64,000 bases of DNA, taken from an uncultured Holophagales bacterium (GTDB taxonomy: Bacteria > Acidobacteriota > Thermoanaerobaculia > Multivoradales > UBA5704). Below, one piece after another: positions 44,700 to 53,912 of this stretch. The notes beneath the pieces are model-generated. The model did not search any database. It saw only the letters and a program-made list of their open reading frames with translations, and was not told where the DNA came from. The translations under genes were made by a program, and so were the position numbers. The DNA lies in NCBI GenBank assembly GCA_963842525.1, contig CAWJGT010000006.1, positions 193,913 to 257,912 of the forward strand, given 5' to 3'. Position 1 is the stretch's first letter; each line of letters begins with the position of its first letter.

Positions 44700-46780
44700 C
44701 CGAGCCCCAGACCAGCGAGATCGAAACCCTTAGCGGGTTCGAGATCTTTCAGCGCAACCTCCAGTCCCTCGCCCGCGCGACCTCGCGGGTGAGCAGCGTT
44801 TATGACCAGCTTGGCATGGAGAGCCGCGCCCAGGCGCTCGCCGTTCTCAAGAAACGGCTCGAATCGGATGGCTTCAAAGTCATGGTTCTGGGAGAGTTCA
44901 AGCGCGGCAAGAGTACATTCATCAACGCGCTGCTGGGCGAGGAGGTGCTCCCCGCCTCAGTCGTTCCCTGCACGGCCGTGATCAATGAGATCAAGTGGGG
45001 CGAAGAGAAGAGAGCCGTCCTCCATTTCCGCCACCCTCAGCCCGCGGTGCCCGGCGTCAAGCTGCCCCGCGAGGTCGCCGCTCATATACGGCGGGGGAAC
45101 GGCGGGCCGGTCCCGCCTCTCGAGGTGCCGGTGGCGAGCCTGGATACGTTCGTGGCCATTCCTGATCCGGGCAGAGAGCAGGCGGATTCGATTGCGGAGT
45201 CGCCGTACGCGCGGGTCGAGGTCTCCTGGCCGCTGGAGCTCTGCCGGCAAGGCATCGAGATCATCGATTCGCCCGGTCTGAACGAGAACGTCACACGGGC
45301 CCGCGTTGCCAAGGATTATGTCGCCAACGTCGATGCGATCCTGTTCGTGATGTCCTGTGACGCGCTCGGGGCCGAATCGGAGCTGCGGGTGATCGATCAG
45401 GAGCTGCGTGGCGTGGGCCACGAATACCTTTTCTTCATCTGCAACCGTTTCGACCAGATCCGGCCGGCGGACCGGCCGCGGCTCGTCGAGTACGCGAAGA
45501 AAAAGTTGGGGGGACGCACGGCGCTGCAGGATGGCATCTTCTTCCTTTCTGCGCTCCAGGGATTGGACGCGCGCCGGCGGGACGACGACGCCCTGCTCGA
45601 AAGCTCCGGCCTGGCAGGGCTCGAAAGAGAGCTGACCCGTTTCCTTACCGAGGACCGTGCCAAGGTGAAGCTCCTGCAGCCGGCCCGGGAACTGAGCTTC
45701 GCTCTGAGTGAAGCGCGCGACAAGATCCTCCCGGCCCAGCGGGCCGCTCTCGACGTGAGCCTCGCCACCCTGGAAGCCCGAGTCGAAGAGCTTTCCCCGC
45801 GCCTCGCAGATGCGGAGCGCTCCAAGCGGCAGATCGTCGCCAACATCAACCATCACCGGCAGTCGTTGCAATCCGAGGTCCGTCTCGAAGCCGAGCGCTT
45901 CCTGCGCGACATTGCCGACTCGCTCGAGACCTGGGTGGATGAGTTGGATCTGGAGAGCACGGTCAGTCTCTTCAAGCTGAAGCACGAAGAGCAGATCGAG
46001 GCCATGGCCAAGGAGATCTGCACCAAGGTCGGCGTCAAGGTCGAAGAGGAGGCGGTGGAGTGGAGCCAGCAGACCCTGCAACCCCTGGTGGAGAAGAGGT
46101 TGGAGGCGATGGCGGAAGACGCCAGTGTGCGGGTGAGCGACTTCTGCTCCAGGATCGACGAGATCCGCACAGCGTTTTCAAAAGTGGAGCTGCGGGAGAA
46201 CGAGGAGCTGAAGGATGCCTCGGGTGGCCAGCGGCTGATAGCTGCCGTCGGCGGACTCCTTCTCGGAGACGTTTTCAGCATGGCGCACGGCGCCCGGTTC
46301 GGCTTCAAGGGGCTCGCGTCGAGCATCCTGGCCCAGGCCGCCACCTTCGGTCTCCTCTACGGCGTCCTGGGCATTGCGAACCCGTTCGTTCTCATCCCGG
46401 CTCTGCTTGGCGCCGGCGCGGCGACGGCCTGGCTCCGAACCGGTGCAATCACCGGGAAGGCAAAGAAAGAGATCGCGCGCTCGCTCACCGAGCAGTTCCG
46501 GAGCGAGCTGGGATCGACTGCCCAGAAGATCGCCGATGAGGTCCACGAGGGCACGCAGGAGTTTGTGAGCACTGCCGAAGAAGGGCTGGATCGCGAGATC
46601 AAGAGCCTCCGCGAACAGATGGATTCCGTGCTCAGCGACAAGAAGGCGGGGGAGGTGCAGGTGCAGGCAAAGAAGCGGCTCCTGGCCGATCTGGATGGCG
46701 AGCTCCGGGACGTCGATGGTGTGATCACTGAGCTGATTTTTGCTGTCGCCGGAAGGCCGAGAACAGCCTGCGCGATGTGA
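44696..46780 (+). CDS. Bacterial dynamin-like GTPase 4
   Basis: ATGA overlap; GEFKRGKST, PCT, DSPG, NRFD, LSA; hydrophobic paddle region. Confidence 0.92.
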   Translation: MTEPQTSEIETLSGFEIFQRNLQSLARATSRVSSVYDQLGMESRAQALAVLKKRLESDGFKVMVLGEFKRGKSTFINALLGEEVLPASVVPCTAVINEIKWGEEKRAVLHFRHPQPAVPGVKLPREVAAHIRRGNGGPVPPLEVPVASLDTFVAIPDPGREQADSIAESPYARVEVSWPLELCRQGIEIIDSPGLNENVTRARVAKDYVANVDAILFVMSCDALGAESELRVIDQELRGVGHEYLFFICNRFDQIRPADRPRLVEYAKKKLGGRTALQDGIFFLSALQGLDARRRDDDALLESSGLAGLERELTRFLTEDRAKVKLLQPARELSFALSEARDKILPAQRAALDVSLATLEARVEELSPRLADAERSKRQIVANINHHRQSLQSEVRLEAERFLRDIADSLETWVDELDLESTVSLFKLKHEEQIEAMAKEICTKVGVKVEEEAVEWSQQTLQPLVEKRLEAMAEDASVRVSDFCSRIDEIRTAFSKVELRENEELKDASGGQRLIAAVGGLLLGDVFSMAHGARFGFKGLASSILAQAATFGLLYGVLGIANPFVLIPALLGAGAATAWLRTGAITGKAKKEIARSLTEQFRSELGSTAQKIADEVHEGTQEFVSTAEEGLDREIKSLREQMDSVLSDKKAGEVQVQAKKRLLADLDGELRDVDGVITELIFAVAGRPRTACAM

Positions 46781-46804
46781 GCTGCCGTCGACAGGAGAGA
46801 TCTT

Positions 46805-49450
46805 ATGACCGGGACGCGATCAGGCAGCTCCGTACAGAATGAGAGCCTGGGCAGCTTCGAGAGGAATCAGCGGGCGCTGGTCAGCCTCGCCTCGCGTACC
46901 GCCACCGTCGTTGGCCGACTCGGCATGGAGGACCGGGCCAGAGCATTGACCCAACTGGCCGCCAGAATCGGGTCCGAGCAGTCCCGGATTCTCGTGATCG
47001 GCGAGTTCAAGCGGGGCAAGAGCACGCTCGTCAATGCCTTGCTGGGAGAAGAGGTGCTGCCCTCCTCGGTAGTCCCCTGTACGGCGCTCATCAGCGAGAT
47101 CAAATGGGGAAAGTGGAAGCGCTTGTTCCTGCACTTCCGTCACCCCTTGCCGTCACCCCTGCCGGAAGGGCTTTCTCCCGACCTGATGGTCCATCTCCGG
47201 AATGGCGGCGGCTACCCGGCTCCGCTCGAGATCCCCGTCGACCGGCTGGCAGACTATTTGGTGATTCGCGATCCCTGGAAAGATCCGGCAGACGCGGCTC
47301 CCGACGCCCTGTACTCGCACGTCGAGGTGTTCTGGCCCGCTGAGCTGCTGAGGCACGGGATCGAGATCGTCGACTCTCCGGGTCTCAATGCACAGCGCGA
47401 CCCCATTGCCCGCGAATACATCGCGAGAGCGGACGCCATCCTCTTTGTGCTCGGGTGCAATGGGCTGGCCTCGCAATCGGAGCTGCGATTCATCGACAAA
47501 GATCTGGACGAGACCGAGCGCGAGAATCTCCTCTTCGTCTGCAACCGCTTCGACGAAATCCGGGAGAGCGACCGTCCGATCGTCATGACCTACGGCAGGG
47601 AGAGACTTGTCAGCAGGACTGGGCTGGGCGAGGCCGGAGTCGTCTTCCTCTCGGCCCGAGAGGCGCTGAGCGCCCGTTCGGGGGAAGGCGGCACGCTCCT
47701 CGAGAAATCGGGCCTGCTTGCGCTCGAGAGCGCGCTCGCTGTCTCTTTGACCTCGGGCCGTCACCGTCTGAAGCTGCTTCAGCCGGCCCGCGAGCTCATT
47801 GACGCGAGCGAAGAGGCTCGCGGCGAGATGCGTGTACGAAGTTCCTCTCTCGAGCAGGATCTAGCCCGGCTGGAAGCCAAGGTCGCGCAGGCCACCGACG
47901 AGTTGGACATCGCCGATCGCGCATGCGGCCGGATTCTGGCTCGCATCGATGAAGGCCGCCGCAGACTGCGGTGGGACGCGATTCATCCTGCAGCCAGTGA
48001 GTTCCTGTCCGAGCTTGCGGAGCGTCTGTGCCACTGGATGGAGAATGTGGCGCTCCAGAGGCGATCCCCTTCGGCATTTCCCGGGTTTGCCGCGCAGGTG
48101 GAGGACGCAGCCAAGGAGGTCTGCCGTGACGTCGGCGTGCGGCTCGGAAAGGAGATCGCGAAGTGGAGGCTTGCAGGTTTGGAGCCGCTCGTGGCCGCCT
48201 GGTTCGAGACGATGGTACAGGAAGTGAGCCCGCACTCGACCAGGTTTTTCTCCAGGATCGAGCGTATCCGCGATGGTTTCCTGGATTCGGGAGGAGCGGG
48301 TGCGGAGCACTCGCAAGGTATGACCCGTGGCGAAGAAATCGGCGCCGAGTTTCTGGCCCGTGTCTTTGCCTACAGCGTCCTGACGAGGATGCTGGAGGGC
48401 TCGCATACGATCCTCCTTTTGCCGATCTTCCTTGGCCAGATGTCGCGAATCTTCCCGTTTATCAACGGCTTCTGGCTGTGGCGGCTCAAGGGGCACCTCT
48501 CTCGCGTCTTCGTGGGCTGCTTCCAGGCCGAGCTCGCTACATTGGCGAATCTCATTGCGGAAGAGATCCATACACGGACCCGCGAGATCAGCCGCACGGC
48601 GGAAGACCTCCTGTGGCGGGAGCTCCAAGCGGCCCGCGACCAGTTGCACGCCGCGGCACTCGACTTGCGGGCGCGCCAAGAGCAGGCTGCGGCCCAGAGG
48701 GGTCTGTTCTCGGAGATCGAGTCGGAGATCCAGGATCTCCAGCTTGCAGTCCATCGCGTCATCGTCGAGGTGGCCGGAGACCGGCCTGGTCCAAAGATGC
48801 TGGACCGGTCTGCGGAGCCGCCTTCGGGCGGAGGGGCGCAGCGCATCCTTTTTCTCGCCGCCGACCCATTCGGTGAGCTGCGCCTCGCTGTGGAGCTCCG
48901 CAACATCCGGGAGCAACTCGCGCGGACCGCGCCGCCGGACATGCGCAGTGACGTTCGCATCGAGCTGGCCGTCCGGATGGAGGACTTGACGCGCGCTCTC
49001 AATGAGCACTCTCCTGACATCGTGCACTTCGCCGGACACGGAGAAGAGGACGGGACGATTTATCTCTTGAATGGAGACGGCCAGCCCCATCCCATTGCAC
49101 CGTGTGTCCTCGCAGAGCTGTTTGACTTGGTCTCCAATCGGATCGAGTGCATCGTGCTCAACTGTTGCCACTCACAGAAGCTGGCGCGCGCCATCCGCAA
49201 GAGAATTCGCTATGTGATCGGCATGCGGCGTGACATCGAAGACAAAGCGGCGATCGCTTTCTCGGTCGGCTTCTATCAGGCTCTGGGAGCAGGACGCTCC
49301 GTCGAGTCGGCCTTTCGCTTCGGATGCGTCCAAACTGCAGGGGTGGACCTGCGCGAAGGCCGGAATCCGGCCCTCTGGAAAGAAGGGTACCTCGTTACCG
49401 CAAGATCCGCCGCGCAACGGCGGAGGCGCGACAGCACAGTGCAATCCTGA
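46805..49450 (+). CDS. Dynamin-like GTPase fused to a C-terminal CHAT (caspase-like) protease domain
   Basis: GEFKRGKST, PCT, DSPG, NRFD; C-terminal RILFLAADP...LRLAVE...IVHFAGHG...IVLNCCHS...VIGM...FYQALGAG. Confidence 0.88.
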   Translation: MTGTRSGSSVQNESLGSFERNQRALVSLASRTATVVGRLGMEDRARALTQLAARIGSEQSRILVIGEFKRGKSTLVNALLGEEVLPSSVVPCTALISEIKWGKWKRLFLHFRHPLPSPLPEGLSPDLMVHLRNGGGYPAPLEIPVDRLADYLVIRDPWKDPADAAPDALYSHVEVFWPAELLRHGIEIVDSPGLNAQRDPIAREYIARADAILFVLGCNGLASQSELRFIDKDLDETERENLLFVCNRFDEIRESDRPIVMTYGRERLVSRTGLGEAGVVFLSAREALSARSGEGGTLLEKSGLLALESALAVSLTSGRHRLKLLQPARELIDASEEARGEMRVRSSSLEQDLARLEAKVAQATDELDIADRACGRILARIDEGRRRLRWDAIHPAASEFLSELAERLCHWMENVALQRRSPSAFPGFAAQVEDAAKEVCRDVGVRLGKEIAKWRLAGLEPLVAAWFETMVQEVSPHSTRFFSRIERIRDGFLDSGGAGAEHSQGMTRGEEIGAEFLARVFAYSVLTRMLEGSHTILLLPIFLGQMSRIFPFINGFWLWRLKGHLSRVFVGCFQAELATLANLIAEEIHTRTREISRTAEDLLWRELQAARDQLHAAALDLRARQEQAAAQRGLFSEIESEIQDLQLAVHRVIVEVAGDRPGPKMLDRSAEPPSGGGAQRILFLAADPFGELRLAVELRNIREQLARTAPPDMRSDVRIELAVRMEDLTRALNEHSPDIVHFAGHGEEDGTIYLLNGDGQPHPIAPCVLAELFDLVSNRIECIVLNCCHSQKLARAIRKRIRYVIGMRRDIEDKAAIAFSVGFYQALGAGRSVESAFRFGCVQTAGVDLREGRNPALWKEGYLVTARSAAQRRRRDSTVQS

Positions 49451-49465
49451 GGCTTGGGTACCGGA

Positions 49466-50920
49466 TCACCCCGCCACAGCCCGCGTTTCGTCTTCGGGCA
49501 ACAGATGCTCGATCGAATTGGCGTAGTAGCGCAGGACCAGCAGCTCTTCGGGGCGGACCTGATAGAGGCCGTCCTTCTCTTCGACGAGGTGGCGGAGGGT
49601 GAGCATCCGCAGGCCGGCTTCGAGGGCATAGTCCTGGTCCTGGCGTGGGATGTAGACGTGGACGCCGGCGGCTGCGAGTTCGGCCATGCGGCGATGGGCG
49701 TGGGCTTTCAAATCGAGCTCGGAGAGCGGCTCGGCGGCGCGCTCGACGAAGATCGAGGCGACCAGCGGCACCGGCAGGACCGGGATCACCCGTCCCACTT
49801 CGGCCATCAGATCGGCGCCGAGCCGTTCGAGGTGGACCGAGCGTTCCTCCTTCTCCAGCCGCCGGAAGTCGAGACCCCGCTCGGTCGTCCAGCGCCGCAT
49901 CGAGATCGGCGAGCCGAAGTTGACACAGGCATAGCCGAAGCGGTGCCAGCGGCTCTGGAGCATCTGCTTGACGTTGCGCAGGGCGAAGCGGAGGGTCGTG
50001 GTTGCGGCGTGGAGCGCATCGGGCTTGTGGGCCTCCGGCTGCATGTCGAGCAGGAGCGTCCGGTCCTCCAGCACCCGGTCGTAGTTGATCCCCACCGGGA
50101 TGAAGACGAGATCGCGCTCCCCCTGCGGATCGAAGCCGCGCAGCATGTAGTCGAGGAGGCCCAGCCTGGGTTTGCGCAGCCGGCCGTCCCGCGACAGGCC
50201 GCCTTCGGGGTAGACCGCCTGCGTCACGCCCCCGGCGGTCGCCATGTGGATGTAGCGCTCGAGCACCCGCCGGTAGAGCGGGTCGCCCGAGCTCCGCCGC
50301 ACGAAGTAGGCCCCGGTCGAGCGGATCAGCGTCTGGAGCGGCCAGATGCGCGCCCACTCGCCCACGGCGTAGGAGAGGGCCGTCTGGCTCGCCGCCAGGT
50401 AGGCCACCAGGACGTAGTCCATGTTGCTCCGGTGGTTCATGAGGAACACGACCGTCGAGGTGGGCGCCACGGCCGCGAGGCCTGTCTCGTCCGAGTAGCC
50501 GAGACGCACCCGATAGAGAAGACGGGCAACTTTGCGTGACAGCCAATAGCCGACGCGGAAGTAGAAGTATGCGTTGAAGGCCGGGACGATCTCGCGGGCG
50601 TAACGCTCCACGCGGGCCATGACCACGTCCCGCGGCATGCCCTGCTCGCGCGCGAAGGCGTCCACCGCCTGGACCACCTTGGGGTCGTACTGCAGCCGAT
50701 CGACGAGCACCTGGCGCTTGGTGCGGTGGAAGGGCGGGATTTCGAGCTTGAGGCGGGTGTTCAGCTCGTCGATGACGCGGTTGACCCGCCGCCGCAGGAA
50801 CCAGCGGACGCTGGGGACCAGCAGCCGGTCGAGCACCGCCCAGGCAGAGAGCAGGGCGAGCACGACGGCGAGCCAGACGGGAAGTGCGACGGTGCCGGTC
50901 ATGGAGAACCCTCGCGCCAT
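49466..50920 (-). CDS. Glycerol-3-phosphate / 1-acyl-G3P acyltransferase (PlsB-like)
   Basis: NHRSNMD (HxxxxD), GAYFVRR, YPEGGLSRDG. Confidence 0.88.
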   Translation of the reverse strand: MARGFSMTGTVALPVWLAVVLALLSAWAVLDRLLVPSVRWFLRRRVNRVIDELNTRLKLEIPPFHRTKRQVLVDRLQYDPKVVQAVDAFAREQGMPRDVVMARVERYAREIVPAFNAYFYFRVGYWLSRKVARLLYRVRLGYSDETGLAAVAPTSTVVFLMNHRSNMDYVLVAYLAASQTALSYAVGEWARIWPLQTLIRSTGAYFVRRSSGDPLYRRVLERYIHMATAGGVTQAVYPEGGLSRDGRLRKPRLGLLDYMLRGFDPQGERDLVFIPVGINYDRVLEDRTLLLDMQPEAHKPDALHAATTTLRFALRNVKQMLQSRWHRFGYACVNFGSPISMRRWTTERGLDFRRLEKEERSVHLERLGADLMAEVGRVIPVLPVPLVASIFVERAAEPLSELDLKAHAHRRMAELAAAGVHVYIPRQDQDYALEAGLRMLTLRHLVEEKDGLYQVRPEELLVLRYYANSIEHLLPEDETRAVAG

Positions 50921-50997
50921 GATATCCGGCCCCTGCGTCACGAGAAAGCGCCCTGCGGCAACTTATTAGTAGGGGCGAGGAAAGTAGGACCGAAGCC

Positions 50998-52305
50998 GTG
51001 CCAAGGATACACCCGAAGTCCGACGTCGCGCTCGAAGCGTTGCACAAATCACTGGACAAAGCTGCGCCGCTTTTGCCCGCTTCCGAGGCGGGCCATCGGA
51101 TCCTGGCCTGGCGGGAGCCCGAGCCCGACTATGGGCTGGTGATCGACAAGGTCCTGCGTACGCTGCGGCCGAAGATCTCCGCCGTCGAGCAGGAGCGTGG
51201 CGAGGCACCCGGCCTGCTGGCCGAGCTGTTGCGGCACCCGCCGGAGCGCCGCGAGGTGCTGGTCCGCAACAGCCGGCGCTTCGGCAGCCTCAGCCTCTGC
51301 GGTCTGCTCCTCCAAGCGAGCCGCCAGGAAGGGATGCGGGATCCTCTGAAAGGTGAGCAGCTTGCCAAGCTGGCTCTCCTGCTCACCGATCGGCTGGAGG
51401 CCCACAGCCATGATCCGCGTTTGGTGGAGGACCTCCGAGCCCGGTGTTGGGCCTTGATCGCCAACGCGCGTCGGATCGCTTCCGACTTCTACGGCGCCGA
51501 GCAGGCGTTTCTCGAAGCGGAAGCTCATCTGCGCCGCGGTACGCGGGATCTCCTGGAACGAGTCTCAGCTCATGGTCCTCAAGGCATGCCTGCGGCGGGA
51601 CCAAAGCTGGTTTCCGGAGGCGGTCCGGCTGCTGCGGCGTGCCGTTTCGATCCGCAGGCTGCGGGGGAACGACAAGGAACCGTCGAGGCGCTCGTACCTG
51701 GGCGATGACTTGCGAGGACAACGGCGAGCCGGAAGAGGGGATCCGGCTCCTGCACAAGGCGCGTGCGCTCTGCGAGCCTGACACCGATCTGGAAATGGAT
51801 TTGTCCGTTATAACCTGATCTGTTGCCTGGTGGACGCGGGCCGGACATTCGAAGCAAAGGCGTTATTCGACCCCTACCGGCAGCTCTACAAGCAGATCCA
51901 GAATCCAATTTCTCAGCTCCGGATCTCCTGGTTGGAGGCGAATATCGCGCTAGATTTGGGCCGGATCCAGGAGGCGGAGGATCTGCTGCGCGGAATCCGG
52001 GACGGCTTCGTAGAGCGAGGGAACGTCTTTGAAGCAGCCCTCGTCACACTCGATTTGTCCCTGCTGTGCGCCGACCGCGAGGCCGGCTGGCCGAGGCGGA
52101 GCGCCTCGCCCGGCAGGTGCAGCCCGTGTTCCAGGCTTACCGTATTCCGCGCGAGGCGCTCGCCTGTCTGATCCTGATCAGTAATTCTTCGCGAAAACGG
52201 CGGTCTCCTGCTTCGGCCGGTCGCAGACGACGCAGCGGTCGAAGCCGCCGTCGTCCACCGGATCGAGCGGCAGACAGCGGATCGTCACCTTCAACGACTC
52301 CTTGA
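50998..52305 (+). CDS. TPR-like protein, third paralog (multiple frameshifts; end uncertain)
   Basis: RRFGSLSLCGLL, DLRARCWALIANARR, RISWLEANIA, AALVTLDLSLL, IPREALACL. Confidence 0.6.
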
Positions 52306-53719
52306 CCTCGGCTTCGCACTTGGCGTCGCCGCACCAGGGCGAGACGGCGAAGCCGCCGTGGATCTCCGGCTTCTCGGCGTTCTGCGGCGTGAAGAACGCC
52401 ACGAATTCCTCCTTGGTGCCGATCGCCCGCGTGTGCTCCTCGCGGTAGGCCTTGGCGCGCTCGAAGAGCCCGCGCTGCATCTCGTCGAGGATCTCCAGGA
52501 CGCGTGCCGCGATCTCGCCGCGCGGGACGTCGGACTTCTCCGACGCAGGCCGGTCGCGGCGAGCGAGGAAGACGGTCCCCCGCTCGACGTCGCGCGGCCC
52601 GATCTCGAGGCGGATCGGGACGCCCTTCTTGATCCACTCCCACTGCTTCTGGCCGCCGCGGGCCTCGCGGAGGTCGATCTCGACGCCGAGCGGCCGGTCG
52701 CCATAGCGCTGCGCCCGCAGCTCGGCTGCGACTTTTTCGACGTAGTCGAGCACCTGGGCGCGGGTGTCGTCCGCGCGCAGGATCGGCAGGATGACGACGT
52801 GCGAAGGGGCGAGGCGCGGCGGCAGGACCAGGCCGTCGTCGTCGCTGTGGGTCATGATCAGGCCGCCGATCAGCCGGGTCGACATGCCCCAGGACGTCGT
52901 CCAGGCGAATTCCTCGGTCCCTTCGCGGGACTGGAACTTGATCTCGCTGGCGCGGGCGAAGTTCTGGCCGAGGAAGTGCGAGGTGCCGGCCTGCAGGGCC
53001 TTGCGGTCCTGCATCATGGCCTCGATGGCAAAGGTATCGACGGCGCCCGGGAAGCGCTCGCTCGGCGTCTTCCGGCCGCGCAGGACCGGCATGGCCATGT
53101 AGTCCTCGGCGAACTGCGCGTAGACGTCGAGCATGCGCAGCGTCTCCTCGCGCGCCTCCTGCTCGGTCTCGTGCACGGTGTGCCCCTCCTGCCAGAGGAA
53201 CTCGGTGGTGCGCAGGAACATGCGGGTGCGCAGCTCCCAGCGCACGACGTTCGCCCACTGGTTGATGAGCAGCGGCAGGTCGCGGTAGCTCTGGACCCAC
53301 CTGGCGAACATGGCGCCGATGATCGTCTCGGAGGTGGGCCGGACGATCAGCGGCTCTTCGAGCTCGGCCGCGGGATCGGGAACCAGCCCGCCTTTCGGCC
53401 CCTGGATCAGCCGGTGGTGGGTGACCACCGCGCACTCCTTGGCGAACCCCTCGACGTGCTCGGCCTCTTTTTCGAGGTAGGACAGGGGGATGAACAGCGG
53501 GAAGTAGGCGTTCTTGTGCCCGGTCGCCTTGAACATGGCGTCGAGGTCGCGCTGGATGTTCTCCCAGAGCGCGTAGCCCCACGGCTTGATGACCATGCAG
53601 CCGCGGACCGGCGAGTTCTCGGCCAGGTCGGCGGCCTTGACGACCTGCTGGTACCACTCCGCATAGTCTTCGTTGCGCGTCGGGGTGATGGCGGTGCTGG
53701 GGGTATCTTTCTTGGCCAC
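52178..53719 (-). CDS. proS: Proline--tRNA ligase (archaeal/eukaryotic type)
   Basis: VRGCMVIKPWG, RPTSET, QWANVVRWE, FLWQEGHT, QAGTSHFLGQNF, C-terminal AKNY; GTG start. Confidence 0.96.
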   Translation of the reverse strand: MAKKDTPSTAITPTRNEDYAEWYQQVVKAADLAENSPVRGCMVIKPWGYALWENIQRDLDAMFKATGHKNAYFPLFIPLSYLEKEAEHVEGFAKECAVVTHHRLIQGPKGGLVPDPAAELEEPLIVRPTSETIIGAMFARWVQSYRDLPLLINQWANVVRWELRTRMFLRTTEFLWQEGHTVHETEQEAREETLRMLDVYAQFAEDYMAMPVLRGRKTPSERFPGAVDTFAIEAMMQDRKALQAGTSHFLGQNFARASEIKFQSREGTEEFAWTTSWGMSTRLIGGLIMTHSDDDGLVLPPRLAPSHVVILPILRADDTRAQVLDYVEKVAAELRAQRYGDRPLGVEIDLREARGGQKQWEWIKKGVPIRLEIGPRDVERGTVFLARRDRPASEKSDVPRGEIAARVLEILDEMQRGLFERAKAYREEHTRAIGTKEEFVAFFTPQNAEKPEIHGGFAVSPWCGDAKCEAEVKESLKVTIRCLPLDPVDDGGFDRCVVCDRPKQETAVFAKNY

Positions 53720-53756
53720 GTGTGTGTCCTTTTCAGTGGATCTGCGCGGGCTGGGT

Positions 53757-53891
53757 CCCTCACCCCCGGCCCCTCTCCCATCCGCCCTCCCAAACCGCCG
53801 GGAGAGGGGAGAAAAGATCTGGTTTTTAGCTCTCCCCCCTCTCCCGGGGGAAGGGAGTGCGGATGGGAGAGGGGGGCCGGGGGGGTGAGGG
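53757..53891. repeat. CCCTCACCCCC-family palindromic element
   Basis: Arms closely match those of 24537-24677. Confidence 0.85.
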
Positions 53892-53912
53892 CTCCCGGCA
53901 GAGCCGCCTATC

